From Camelus ferus (Eukaryota), in NCBI RefSeq assembly GCF_009834535.1, contig NC_045697.1:102612001-102676000 (forward strand): DNA of 64,000 nt. Direction: 5' to 3'. Of the stretch, positions 12,690-25,539 are shown in pieces. The translations under genes and the position numbers were made by a program. The notes under the pieces are model-generated. The model had not been told where the DNA came from. It did no database searches and worked only from the letters and a program-made list of their open reading frames with translations. The number at the start of each line of letters is the position of its first letter. The stretch's first letter is position 1.

Positions 12690-14372
12690 TCAACACTGTT
12701 CTGGAGGCCCCAGTCAAGCACAATAGGAAAGGAAAGGAATGAAAAGGTATACGGACTGGAAAAGAAGAAAAAAAAACTGTATTTGCAGAAAAACAGACAT
12801 GACTGTATACACGGAAAATCCAAAATAATTTGCAAACTACTAGAATAAGTGAATTTATTTTTTTAAACATTTTTTATTGAGTTATACTCATTTTACAATG
12901 TTGTGTCAAATTCCAGGGTAGAGCACAATTTTTCAGTTATATATGAACATACATATATTCATTGTCACTTTTTTTTTTCACTGTGAGCTACCACAAGATC
13001 TTGTATATATTTCCCTGTGCTATACAGTATAATCTTGTTTATCTATTCTACATATGCCTGTCAGTATCTATAAATTTTGAACTCCCAGTCTGTCCCTTCC
13101 CACCCCTCTCCCCCCTGGCAACCACAAGTTTGTATTATATGTCTATGAGTCTGTTTCTGTTTTGTATTTATGTTCTTTTTTTTTTTTTAGATTCCACATA
13201 TAAGCGATCTCATATGGTATTTTTCTTTCTCTTTCTGGCTTACTTTACTTAGAATGACACTCTCCAGGGAACATCCACGTTGCTGCAAATGGCGTTAAGT
13301 TGTCGTTTTTATGGCTGAATAGTATTCCGTTGTTTAAATATACCACATCTTCTTTATCCAGTCATCTGTTGATGGACATTTAGTCTGTTTCCATGTCTTG
13401 GCTATTGTAAATAGTGAATTTATAAGTGAATTTAAAGTGTCACTAAAAACAAAATGAATTAATAAGTGAATTTAAAGTGTCACTAAAAATATAATCAAGA
13501 TACAAAAACTAATTGTATTTTTATGACCTAACAAAAAACAACTAGTAAATGAAATTAACAAAAATACTACCTACAATTCTATTAAAATATCAAATAACTA
13601 GAAATGAATTTCCCAAAAGATGTATATGACCACTACACTGAAAATTATAAAATATTAAAGAGAAATTAAAGACCTAAATAAATTGAGAGCCACAATATGT
13701 CAATAGATCGGAAGAATTCAAAATCATTGAGATTTCAATTTTCTCCCAATTTACCCATAGATTCAGTGAAGTCCAAAACCAAATCCCATCAGGGATCTTT
13801 TTTCCTTTCAGAAATTGACAAATGAATCTAAAATTTATATGGAAATTTAAAAGACTTAGAAGACAATCTTGAAGTAGAGCAAATTTGGAGGAATAATACT
13901 AGATTGTACAACCTATTATAAAGCTACAGTAAGTGAGACAGTGCAACATTGGATCGATGGAGCAGTAAACAGAATTATATTTAAACCTACCCATATACAA
14001 TCAAATGATTTACTGAAAAAATGCCAGAGAAATTCTGTAGGGAAAAGATGACAATTTTAGTAAATAATGCTTGAGCAATTACATACCCATGTGGAAAAAA
14101 AGTGAACGTTGGTGCCTACTTCATATCATATACAAAAGTTAGATTTCTTCAGACAAAACTATATATGGTAAAAGCATAAAATTTTTTTTGAGAAAATATA
14201 GGAGGATAACTTCATGGCCTTGGAGTAAGCAAAGATTTCTTGAGCAAGATGCAAAAGGTACTAACAATAAAAGAAAAAAATTTTTAAATTGGATTTAATT
14301 AATCTTAAGCATTTATGTTCATCAAAAGACATCAATAGGAGAGTGAAAAGACAGATCACAGAGAAGGAGAAG
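12690..14372 (+). mobile_element. Old L1M ORF2 (RT/C-terminal) fragment, interrupted by a young L1
   Basis: tcaacactgttctggagg...tatttgcaga...gaaattgacaa...aaatttatatggaaa...tataaagctacagtaa ORF2 motifs, with many stops and frameshifts. Confidence 0.85.
12858..13416 (-). mobile_element. Young camelid-type L1 3' end
   Basis: Poly-T start and reverse L1 3' UTR; TSD ataagtgaattta at 12845-12857 and 13422-13434. Confidence 0.92.
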
Positions 14373-14389
14373 GCCAAATATAAAAATTC

Positions 14390-15350
14390 AGGAATCAGAA
14401 TGCCCTCTAAGTTTTACTAAGCAACACTGGAATCTAGAGGAGAATTGAGAAATGCTTTCCAAAATCATTAAGAAAAGGATTTACAACATAGGCATATAAA
14501 TCCAAATAAACCATCAATGAAGTGTGAGCATAGAAGAAAGACTATTTTAGACATGCAGGATCTCATAAATCTATCTCCTACAGATCCCTTCTCAGGAAGT
14601 TATTAGAGGCTAATTGCACCAAACTGAGGGAGTAAATTAAGAAAGAGTAATATATAGGGTTCTGAAAACAGGAAGTTCAGAACAAAAAGATATTTTGAAC
14701 TAATGATGCTGGTGATCCTAGAATGACCTCTCTTCAGTAGTAACAGAGTATAACCTGTCCATATTAGAACCCGTAAAAAGACTGAGAGAAATTCCTTCAA
14801 AAAGGTGATATTGTACCATAAGTACCTGTTATTCTGAATGTTGGGAGACGTTTAGTTGGCAGTGTTTGGAGCTAGAAATATACCTAGAAAACTAAGCAAA
14901 TGATCCTCCCACCCCCCCAAAAAAGAAAATTATTACCTCCAGGGAACACGGGACATGAGCAGTTGTCATAGTTTACTGCTTAGTCTTTATAAATTCATAA
15001 TGAGAAAAGCAATAAATATTTCTCTCAACAAAATAACTAGTCTGAGAAACTAGGCTGAGGCCGGAAAGTACGCACGTATGTTTGACACAGGGAAAAGATA
15101 GTCGAAGCCTTGTCCTCCAGTAAGGAAAGTGAGTAGTGATGTCTACAACTGAAGATCAAGAGGTCTCACTCAGTACAGCATGTTATTTAAACACATACAA
15201 ATTAAATAACAAAACAAGTAGCTAGAAGAAATTAGTTTCCTTTGGGTAGGAGAAATGTGAACCAGAAGGCCATATCTGCTCTTGTTTTTCTGTAACCAAC
15301 TTTATAGAATTATTTGATTCTTGAAACTTCGTAAGTGTACAGTTTTGATA
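14390..15350 (+). mobile_element. HAL1 (half-L1)-like element
   Basis: ORF1-like aggaatcagaatg...gcaacactggaatctagagg and HAL1-like gacatgcaggatctc...cccttctcaggaagttattagagg. Confidence 0.6.
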
Positions 15351-15469
15351 GAAATGCTTACAAATGGGAAAAAGATTTGAAAAAGTAATGTGCAGATACA
15401 GAATACAAGGCAGACGTAAAACATTTAGAAATCTTGGGAATTACATACATAATTTTAAAAATAAAAATC

Positions 15470-16086
15470 CCTGTGAATGCCCCTACACATATGGACAACT
15501 GATGCTTCAAAAAAACAGAGGCCATTGACTGGAGAAAAGATAGTCCTCTTGATAAATAATGGTGAAACAATTAGACATCCAGATGCAAAAAAAAAAAAAA
15601 GGAAAAAAAAATGAACTTTGATCTATACCTCGAACCTCATACAAAAATTAAGTCAAAATGGATGATAAACCCAAAGATAAAACCCAAAACTATAAAACTT
15701 CTTGACAAAATCATAGGAGAAATTCTGCAACCTTAGTTTAGGTAAAGGTTTTTTTTTAAATGTGACACCAAAAGCAAGATCCATCAATAAATAAATTGAT
15801 AAGTTAGATTTCATCACAATTTAAAATTTGCTCTTTGAAAAACACTGTTAAGAGTGAAAAAACAAGCCAGAGACTGGGATAAAATATTTACAAAATATAA
15901 AACCAAGAATGGACTTGAATACAGAATAAATAAAGAACTGTCAAAACTCAATAATAGAAAAACAAACACAACACAAAAACAGCAAAATCAACAAAAATGG
16001 ACAGGGAGGAGGATATAGCTCTGTAGCTAGGCACGTGCCTAGAATGCATAAGGTCCATGATTCAATCCCCTGTACCTCCATTAAAA

Positions 16087-16129
<43 letters not shown>

Positions 16130-17090
16130 ATATCAATAAAACTTAATTACCTCCCACACCCCCTAAAAAGTATACAGTGCTGTATGTCAATTATATCTCA
16201 GTAAAACTGGAAGGAAAAAAAAAAGAATGATTTAAAAAAAATTTTTTTAATGGACAAAATATTTGAACAAACACTTCACCAAAGACATTTTGCAGATGGC
16301 AAATAAGCACCTTAAAAGCATCATTAGTCATTTGGAAAATGTAAATTAAAACTACAATAATATACCACTGTACATCTACTATAAGGGCTAAAATTTAAAC
16401 AACCAATCATGCCAACTGTTGGTGAAGATGTGGGACAAGGAGAACTCTCATAAACTGCTGCAGGGAATCTAACATGGTACAACCACTTTGAAAACCATTT
16501 GGCAAGTTTTCTTAAATAGTTAGACACACGTCTATCACACAATCAAGCTATTCTACTCCTATCTATTGACTCATATGCCCATACAAAAATTTGTACAGGA
16601 ATTTCCACAGTAACTTTATTTTTGATAACCAAAAATGGGAAGCAACCCCAAATGTCCATCTACAGGTGAATATCTAACTGGTCTATCACTGCAAGGAAAT
16701 ATTCTTTAGCAATGAAAAGGAATGAACTTCTAACAAGACACTTCAACATGAACTTCCAAATAATTATGCTGAAAGAAAGAGGTTAGACAAAAAGAAAAAG
16801 AGAGTACATACTCATACTATATTATTTCATTTATATAAATTTCTATAAAATTAAAACTAATTTAAAGTGACAGAAAGCTGATTGGTGGTTGCCAGGTCGC
16901 AGGAGGTGGGGAGGGGCAACAGGGAGGAATTCGAATGGGGCACAGGGAAATTTTGGAATTCAAAAATAATGGACGGGTTCATTATTTTGATTGTGCACTG
17001 GTTTCATGGGTGTATTCATATGCCAAAATACCAAATTGTCCACTTTAAATATGTCAATTTATTGTATATCAACAAAGCTAATTTTAAAGG
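15470..17090 (+). mobile_element. Old L1M (L1MC/MD-like) ORF2 end and 3' UTR
   Basis: catatggacaactgat, tacaaaaattaagtcaaaatggat, ggtacaaccactttgaaaac, gtgacagaaagctgattggtggttgcc. Confidence 0.85.
16004..16248 (+). mobile_element. tRNA-Ala-derived SINE (Vic-1-like) with (AAAT)n tail and an embedded L1 3' tip
   Basis: gatatagctc...gtgcctagaatgcataaggtcc.tgattcaatcccc..tacctcca; TSD aatggaca at 15996-16003 and 16249-16256. Confidence 0.85.
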
Positions 17091-17410
17091 TGCCAAGGTC
17101 ATGAAAGATGAGGAAAGACTGAAGACCTGTCACAGTTTGGAAGACAGACATGACAACCAATGCGATGTGGGCTCCTGGATTGGATCCTGAAACACAGCAC
17201 AAAAAAGGACATTAGTGGAAAAACTCATAAAGTTCACATAAAGTCTAGATTTAATCAATCCTGCTGTACCAATGTTAATGTCTCAGTTTGAATAGTTGTA
17301 CTATGATTATCTAAGATGCTAACACTAAGGGAAGCTGAGTCAAAGTGTATGAGAACTCTATTTTTACAATACTTTTATAAGCCTAAAATTATTTCAAAAT
17401 AAAAATATTT
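17090..17410 (+). mobile_element. L1MC4-like 3' end
   Basis: aaggtcatgaaagatgaggaaagactg...ctggattggatcctg...aaggacattagtgg...aaaattatttcaaaataaaaa. Confidence 0.75.
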
Positions 17411-17559
17411 TTTTTAAAATCTATAGGTGGAATAATTCCCAACAGGACAAAGTTAAAGAGATACCAAACTGGTAAATTTGACTGAGGAGTTCTAGCATAC
17501 AGCATTAATTAATTAGTTAATTAATTAATTTAAAAATAGTTTTTTAATGAAAAAAGTTT

Positions 17560-20000
17560 GACAAGAATAGATACAAAAGTACCAACATTTGTTTACTAGT
17601 ACTTTGAAAAGGAAACACTAGAGAGATTATAAGGCAGGCAATAACTAAAATAATAATGGCAATTTTTTTTCTCAGAACTTAAGAACATCATGAGTCCTCA
17701 AATAGAAAAAAACTAATAGATTGCCAAGCAGAAACAAGCGTTTTAAAATCTATACTTTGAGTACTGTCACTGAAATTCCAGAACATCAAGGATAAATAGA
17801 AAATCCTAAAAGCTACCATAAAGACAGATCATCTAAAATGGAAGGAGAATCAGACTTATAGCCAACGTCTCAAAAGTAACATAGGTGACTATTTTTAAAG
17901 GCATGATATCTTTAAATATCTAAAGGGAAATAACTTTGAACATAAAATTCTCTGTCCAGACAAACTATCTTTCAATAATAAAGAAATATATAAAAATATG
18001 ATCATATATAAGATAGACAGATAGATAGATCGACTGATCCTAATGTATACCAGCTGTAATGTTTCACAACTCCAAGTGCATGTAAATGGTTTTCTCTAGA
18101 GTCACTCAGTTCTCAGTCTGTGCAGTGTGTGTGGTAACCCTGATTCAGGATCCTTGTTGAAAGAACCCTAAATTCAAGGGTAATCTTTAGAAGAACAGGA
18201 CATTTTCTAAAACCAATATAATACAATTATGGAACAAAGAAAACTTAATTGCTTCAAAAGAAGGGAAGAAGAAATAATTTTTAAATGTGGTTAATAGAAA
18301 CAAAAATATCATGGAAGGGCTCTGACAATTACCCTCCCACTGAAAATAACAACAACAAAAAAACTGTACAAAGTATATGGAACAATGCTTTTCAGACATT
18401 GCACAACAAGCAACAGTGGCCTGTGATCCTTGGGAAGAGGAAAGCAAACAAGATAAGCGCTATGATTTTCTTGGCTTTCTGCCAGGTGGCAGTTTCTAGG
18501 CAACTCAAGGAGGGAATTATACACACTCCAGTACCTTCAATAGTTAAGAGATTAGAGTTCAGGGAGGTCAAGGTGACTGGAATTACTGGAGCAGAGTACC
18601 AGAGATGAGTAAACTGTAAAGAGATAGTTCTAAAGGTCTGCAAAGGAGCCCTCTGGAGTGTTTGGCAGGATACTGACCTCCACATCCAAGGAGTAAAATA
18701 CCTTGAGACTGGAAGTAGGAAAGCAAATAGACTGAAGGATTCCCAGAATGGAGCTAGAAATAATTTAACAGCCAGAGCAGAGACACTTCATAATTAAACA
18801 GCATTCAGTAGAGACCTCAGAAAGATCTGACTTAATACTGGGGTTAAACTTGCACTAAAGACTGTTCTAAAAACCACCCCAGCAAAACAAAACCAATCCA
18901 AAAGAACAAACAGAACTGCATAACTAATTGTTTGCCAAAACAACAGGTCTTAAAGGAAGATGACAGAATCAGGAGATCAACAATGTAAAATTTAGTGTGT
19001 GGAATGCAATAAGAAAATGATCAGGCATGCAGAGAAGCATGAAAATGTCACTGTGTATCCAGGAGAAAAAGCCATAGGTAAAAATAGAATAAGAACCGAT
19101 GACTATGACACAGTTATCAGGCACTGACTTTAAAACACCAGCTATTAGTATTATAAACAAACTCAAAGATTTAAGGGAAAAAAATGAACTTAATGAGAAG
19201 AGTGAAAGATATAAAAATGACCCAGATGGAACTGTTAGAGATTGAAAAAAAAAAACACACAAAGGATGAGGTTAACAAAAGAAAAAAATTAGCTAGCAAA
19301 GCAAGAGAAACCACCCAAAATAATGCACAAAGAAAAAAAAAATTTAAACCAATAGACGCTTAGTAACTGGTAGGACAGAATCGAGCAGACTAACATACAA
19401 ATAACTATAGTTTTAGTAGGAGAGGATGTGAAGGCATGGAAAGGCAGAGAAAATATTTGAAGAACTATTGGATGAATATTTTCCAACTTTGATGAAAATT
19501 ATAAACACAAACATCCAAGAAGCTCAACAAACATCAAATAAAATAACATGAAGAAAACCACACCAAACCCCACTACAATAGTATCCTTAAAAAAAAAAAA
19601 TAGTAACAGAGAAAATCTGAAATGAAGCCAGAAAAAAAGACTATACAAAGGTAGTAAGATAAAAATCTTAACAAACTTCCTGCCAGGAACTATAAAGCTA
19701 GAAAAGAGTGAAGTGGCATCTACAAAGTATATATGTAAGAAACAAAAATGTCAATCTAAAATTCTACACCTAGCAAAAATATACTTCAAAAATGAAGGCA
19801 AAATAAAGACTTTTCAGACAAACAACAGCTTAGAAAATACATTATCAGCACACTTGCACTAGAAGAAAAGTTATTCTTCAAACAGGAAAAAAGTGATACC
19901 TAAAAAAAATTGTAACTGTAAACAATGGAGTAATTAGCATCAGAAATAGTGAATAGGTAAACATGAAAGACATTTTGCTTGATTTTTTCATTTCTTTATC
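17560..20000 (+). mobile_element. Fragmented old L1M 5' region and ORF1 pieces
   Basis: ORF1-like motifs: aaatcctaaaagc, tccaagaagctcaacaaac, aaaaatgaaggcaaaataaagacttttcagacaaac. Confidence 0.7.
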
Positions 20001-20039
20001 ATTTATGGCTCACATATAGTAACAACGATACAAGAACTA

Positions 20040-20165
20040 TAATGTCCTTTTTATAGATGCGGAAACTGAAGCACACAATGGTTAAGTAATTTTCCCAAGG
20101 TCATACAAGGTGGCAGAGATTGTCTTTAAATCTAGACAATCTGCACATTCGGTCTCTCCATTATA
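20040..20165 (-). mobile_element. MIR SINE fragment
   Basis: tttatagatgcggaaactgaagcac...ggttaagtaattttcccaaggtcatac. Confidence 0.8.
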
Positions 20166-20179
20166 TAATGAATAGAACA

Positions 20180-21500
20180 TCATATTTCATATCACACATA
20201 AAAATCACTTTTACATGGTAGACCTAAATGCAAAACAATAACCTTCTTAAAATAAGAAAAACAGAATATAGTTATGACTTTAGGGTAGGCAATAATTTCT
20301 TAATAAGATACAAAAATCCACAAAGAACAATATTGATAAATTAGACTTCATTAAAATCAAGAATGTATTTTCTTCAGAAGACATCCTCAAAAGTGTAAAC
20401 AACAGGTCGAAGACTAGAAGAAGATATTTGCAATACATATACACCCAACAGCAGAGAAGTATACAAAATACATTACCACAGAACACACAAAAACACTAAT
20501 ATATCGATGAGAAGAAAAAGCTCAGCGACAAAGTCATAAGGATTTGAACAAGAATTTCACAAAAGAGGATATACAAATGGCCAATAAAAAGGATATTGAA
20601 CTTCATTAGTCATCTTCAGAAAGATGCAAATCACAAAATAAAAAAGAAAATAAAGGTACCACTATGAACCTACCAGAATGGCTAAATAAAAAGTACATTA
20701 TCAAATGGCAACAAGAGTTTAAAGCCACATTTCTCATGAAAGTTTAAATTGGTACAACCTCTTTGAAAAACTGTTGCTAAAGCTGAACATATGTTCACCC
20801 TATGACCCTGCAATAGGTTCACTCCTAAATGTATGCAAAATAGAAATGCACAAATTGTTCTGGAAAAAAAAAGAACAGATACAAGGATACAAGAATGCTC
20901 ATCACATAAGCAGCATTCACAATAACCAGAAACTGGAAACACCCAAATGTCAATCAACCGGAGAATGGATACAAAAATTGTGGTGTATTCATTCAGAGGA
21001 TTGGGAAAGAAAGATTATTGCTCGATACACTATGAATTTCACAAATGCAATATTGAGTAAAAGAAGACCCAAAAGAATACGTACTGTGTGACTCTATTTA
21101 TGTAAGGTAAGAAAGTATAAAACTAATGTCAGCCACTATATATAAAAATAGATTTTTTAAAAAACCAAGTTTCTTCTGTGTAGCACAGGGAACTGCATTC
21201 AATATCTTGTAACAACCTTTAATGAAAAAGAATATGAAAACAAATATATGTATGTTTATGCGTCACTGGGACATTGTGCTGTACACCAGAAACTGACACA
21301 TTGTAATTCAAAAAAATTAAAGTTAAAAAAGTGAAAAAAAGAAAGTGTAAGGGGACACAAGTGGGTTTCTGGGGCTCTGGTGATGTTCTATTTCTTGATC
21401 TCAATGGGTGTGTTCATTTTGTGAAAATTCATCAAGATACATATTCATGATTTGTACCATTTTTCTGTGATGCTATACTTCAATTAAAAGTTTACCTAAA
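20180..21500 (+). mobile_element. L1ME-like ORF2 end and 3' UTR, with a young L1 3' tip inserted at ~21132-21345
   Basis: aaattagacttcattaaaatcaag, aaactggaaacacccaaatgtc, tgttctatttcttgatct; the insert carries tagcacagggaactgcattcaatatcttgt. Confidence 0.8.
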
Positions 21501-22041
21501 AAAAAGGAAAAATCAGTCATTGGAAGTCTGATGAGAGCCTTAGAAATTAGCAAGATAATATACAAGTACACCGCGGAGAACAGACGAAGGCAGGGTGGGC
21601 ATCCTCAAGCACATAACATTTAAACTGAGCTATAGGAGTCAGCCAGGGGAAAGTGTGTGGGTGATGTGCAGGGGACTGAAGTGAGGAGGCTCCTCCAAGG
21701 AAGGAAGAGTTTGAGCAAGAGTCTGGACGCATGGGAGAGCATAGCTCCTTCCAATGTTTAGAGGGAAGACTGTCAGGAGTAAAGAGACCTAGAGCAGAAG
21801 TGGCAAGAAGTGAGGCTGGAGTCCACATCAGGCGAGGCCTTCCAGGCGATGGGAAGAATTTTGAATTTCATCTTAAAAGCCATGGAAATGCAGAGACGGA
21901 CTTAGCATGAGAATGACAGGACTTGTTTTTTATTACTAGAAGATAGCTACAGTGTGGAGAATTGCTAGAGAAGGAAGACTGGAGGTGGAGAGACTATTTA
22001 GGAGGCCGTTGCAGTAACTCACGTTAAGAGATGATAGTGAA

Positions 22042-22175
22042 GGGAGGATAGAGCACATGCCTAGCATGCACAAGGTCCTGGGTTCAATCCCCAGTATCTC
22101 CATTAAGTAAATATATAAATAAAGCTAGTTACCTCCCCCTCCATAAAATTAAAAAAAAAAATTTTTTTAAGATTT
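22042..22175 (+). mobile_element. Vic-1-like tRNA-Ala SINE (A-box deleted)
   Basis: agagcacatgcctagcatgcacaaggtcctgggttcaatccccagtatctcca, AT-rich tail and ttacctcccc motif. Confidence 0.85.
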
Positions 22176-22188
22176 TTAAAAAGGGAGA

Positions 22189-22447
22189 GTGGTTGCCAGG
22201 GGGAGGAGGGTGGGAAGGGATAAACTGGGAGTTCGTGATTTGCAGATACTGACTGGTATATATAAAATAGATGAGCAAGTTTTTACTGTATAGCACAGGG
22301 AAATATATTCAATATCTTGTAGTAGCTCACAATGAAAAAGAATATGAAAATGAATATATGTATGTTCTTGTATGACTGAAGCATTGTGCTGTACACCAGA
22401 CATTAATAAAATATTCTAAACTGACTATACCTCAATAAAAAAAAACA
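22189..22447 (+). mobile_element. Young L1 3' end
   Basis: L1 3' UTR; TSD aaaaagggaga at 22178-22188 and 22448-22458. Confidence 0.9.
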
Positions 22448-23530
22448 AAAAAGGGAGACAGGTAACAGTGGGTTCTGTTAGCCTACATAGAAGGAATACA
22501 GAGAAAGAAATGTAGGATGTACATTAATGATTGGATGTAAGATGTGAAAGAAAGACACAGGCAGAAAGTTTTCCCAGGGATCTTTCCAGACAGTTGGGTG
22601 GATAACAATGCCAGTCATTAAAATTTTTTTTAAAAAAGCCTAGATAATGATTAGATCAAGGCAGGAAGATATGTTCATTTCTGGACTTGTTGAGCTTGAG
22701 ATTTCTGCAGGACATCCAAGAGGAGGTGGGATATATAGATCTGAAATCCAGGAGAGAGGCCTGAACTGGAGATATGGGTCATTTAGCAAGCCTACTTTTT
22801 ATTGATAAGAGAATGTGTGGCAGGATAATATTTTGCTATATTAACATACATTTATTTTTCCTTTTACCCTGTAACCCTCTGCCATTCCAGGAATAAGACT
22901 TTATCATAAGACATTCATTGCACGAAGAAAACAAAAAAGGCAAATTTCTAGGTTTCTAAGTGAAAGCTTTTAAGAACCAAAGTCCTAAAATTTACATCAG
23001 AAACAACAGAGTTAGAAGAATGCATCATCAGTCAGAATTTGTTTTTCTGCCCCCGGAAAGAGAAAAGGTTTGAGAGATGAAGGACATAGAAAGGAGCTGA
23101 AGTGACAGACTTTAGACTTAGGCTGTTTCTCTGATAAGGAGCCTTATTCCTCACTCTCCACCTAGACCAGCGCTGGGCTGAGACTTGGGGAAGGAAGAGG
23201 AAATAACAGAAACTTCAGATAGGCTGGGGGGTGAAATGCCAGAGGAAACTATGCTGCAGTTCTTGTGCGGAGCTCAGGGAGGTAACACGTCTTTCAGAGT
23301 TGCCTCAACATAGCACAGAGTAACTAAGTAGACCTGCCTCATACAACTGTGTATGAGAAAATCACAGAAGTTGTTGAGAGACAGGAGAGCTGGATTCCAG
23401 GGATCATTTGGTCAATATGAGGGAAACATGACCATGATTTCAATAGATTGATGATGAAGGAGCAGATGGGAACAAGAATCCGTTAAAGAATCTTAGAAAA
23501 ATGCCACTCTCATGATCATAATTTACATGA

Positions 23531-23945
23531 TATATCAGTTGGCTCTGCTGGAAAAATGCTGCATAACAAAGCATCCCAAAACTCAGTAGCTTAGAACAAT
23601 AATCACTGATTTCACTTACGTGTTTACAGGTTAGCTGGGAGTTTGCTGAGCCAGGCTGGTGTGACTAGGGGTTAATTCTGCTGTATATGTCTCTCGCCAT
23701 TTTCCTGGGACTAGCAGGCTAGTTCAAGCTTTTCCTTTTCAAGGTGACAGTGAAGACCCAAGAATAAGCAAACTTAACCCTACCTAGATGTTTCAAGCCT
23801 TTGATCACATCATGCTTGCTAACATCCCACTGACTGAAGCAAGTCCCAGAGTCAATGGCTGTGGATAACCTTGTCCACAGTGGGAGGGTCACACAAAGTT
23901 ACATGACAAGGGAAAAGTGAAGAATGAGGGCCACCAATTCTGTCT
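23531..23945 (-). mobile_element. MLT1H/I-like MaLR LTR
   Basis: atgctgcataacaaagcatcccaaaactcagtagcttagaacaat...gctaacatcccactgactgaagcaagtc. Confidence 0.7.
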
Positions 23946-25273
23946 CTGTCACTTCCAATCTTAGAGGAAAGGGGAAGAAAACAATGATTTGATTTCAAAA
24001 AGATAAAACACAGTGATAAAAATAACATCACATTGCTTACACATCTAGGATTTTGAATTGAGAGTCATATCTATGACAGAAATATTGCAGTAGGAAGAGA
24101 CACAAAATACAAAGGAAATCCATCATCTCATTCTGACATCAGAATCACATCACAAATGAGGTAAAATTTAATCTGTGCCATAAAAGATGAGTAGAATTTT
24201 AAACCACTAAGGCTAAGGAAAAGCACAAAATCGTAAAAATTATACATTTTTTTTGCAACGGCAGATATTTCTGTAGCTGCTTGAGTGCTAGAGGGGAGCA
24301 ATTCTCTTCAGCAGACCAGACACCTGTAAACCAGAGGAATTTCACAGCAATTTTTGCTGTTATCTTTCTGTTTTTTCCGTTGCTCAGAAGGAAACGATGG
24401 GAGGAACCCTGCCTACATGAAGTGCTTACTGTAGGTCAGGGGCTCTGCAAAAGGAAGGGTACGTGTGTCGGGGTGGGGGTCTGGAATAGATCATTTATTC
24501 CAAAGTAGAAAGCAGACAGAGAGAAGACATGGTGGGAGCAGAGAGAAACCAGTAAAGCGGGGAAAAGATAAGAGAAAAATCACAGGGGAACCCATTTAAC
24601 CGTAATTTTTTGTGATTTTTCTGATGAAGATGTGGTGTTAATGAGAGAGCCATGCATCTTACATCTCAGCTATAAGCCAGATGAAAACAGACATCCCACT
24701 TAAGTGGTGTTTTAGTGGCACAAAGGCTAAAAGGGAAAAAAAAAAATTTGCATAGTAATGACTCTACCATTGCTTTAAAGCTTCATGGTATTTTCAGGGC
24801 CCCTAACAACCACCAAACCAGGAATTCAAGCCACACCCTGGGAAGGCGGGGCTTCCTTTTGTTAAAAAGAAAAACTGAGGATCTCTGAGGTCAGTCACCC
24901 AGGCAGTGAAAATCAAAAGTCCTGACTCCCCTCTAACCACTGGCATATTTGCCGTGCGGAGCCACACCCCACTACGACACTGCGAAAGTACCATGATGAA
25001 GACGTGTGTCTTTCTCTGGGTACTATTTCTACAGAAGGCTTCTGATGTCTCTTCCCTGACATTGCACAAAATAGAGGAAAAGGAGAGGAAAAGTATGCCT
25101 GAGAAAAAGCCAAGTGTGAGGAAGAATTTGATTTTTGGCATCCCAGTGAAAAGGTTCTACTTACATTCTCAAACCAAGTAAGGTTTATTGTTAAACCAAC
25201 ACCATAAAGAGAACACAGCTTCAGCGTCTATGCAAGACTAGGCCATAAGCAAAAGCACTGATGTGATGGACAA

Positions 25274-25523
25274 ATAATAATAGCTAATAACTATTAAACT
25301 ACTATGTGCCAAGCACAGTGCTAAGAATTTTATATGTAAAACTCATAAGGTCCTGACAATAACTTTATAAAGTTGTACTTTTATTATCCCCATTTTATAG
25401 ATGGGAAAGCTAAGGAACAAAGAGGTTATATAACTTCCCCAAGGTTAACAAGATTAGAAAGTGGCAAAGCCAAGAGTCAATCTCAGCAATCTGATTCCAG
25501 GGCCCATAAACTTAAGCACTATG
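25274..25523 (-). mobile_element. Near full-length MIR SINE
   Basis: aataatagctaa...tactatgtgccaagcac...attatccccattttatagatgggaaagctaagg...tctgattccagggcc. Confidence 0.9.
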
Positions 25524-25539
25524 TATATTGACTCAGAGA

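Larger units (their letters stand above)
21570..22780 (-). mobile_element. L2 LINE fragment hosting a SINE and an L1 insertion
   Basis: Purine-rich reverse L2 motifs (acatttaaactgag, gaattttgaatttcatctt, ttggatgtaagatgtga, ggacatccaagaggag). Confidence 0.7.

Noticed and set aside
16084..16131. (AAAT)n array and AT palindromes at ~17504-17530 and ~52926-52948
   Set aside because: These are ordinary retrotransposon-tail or low-complexity repeats.
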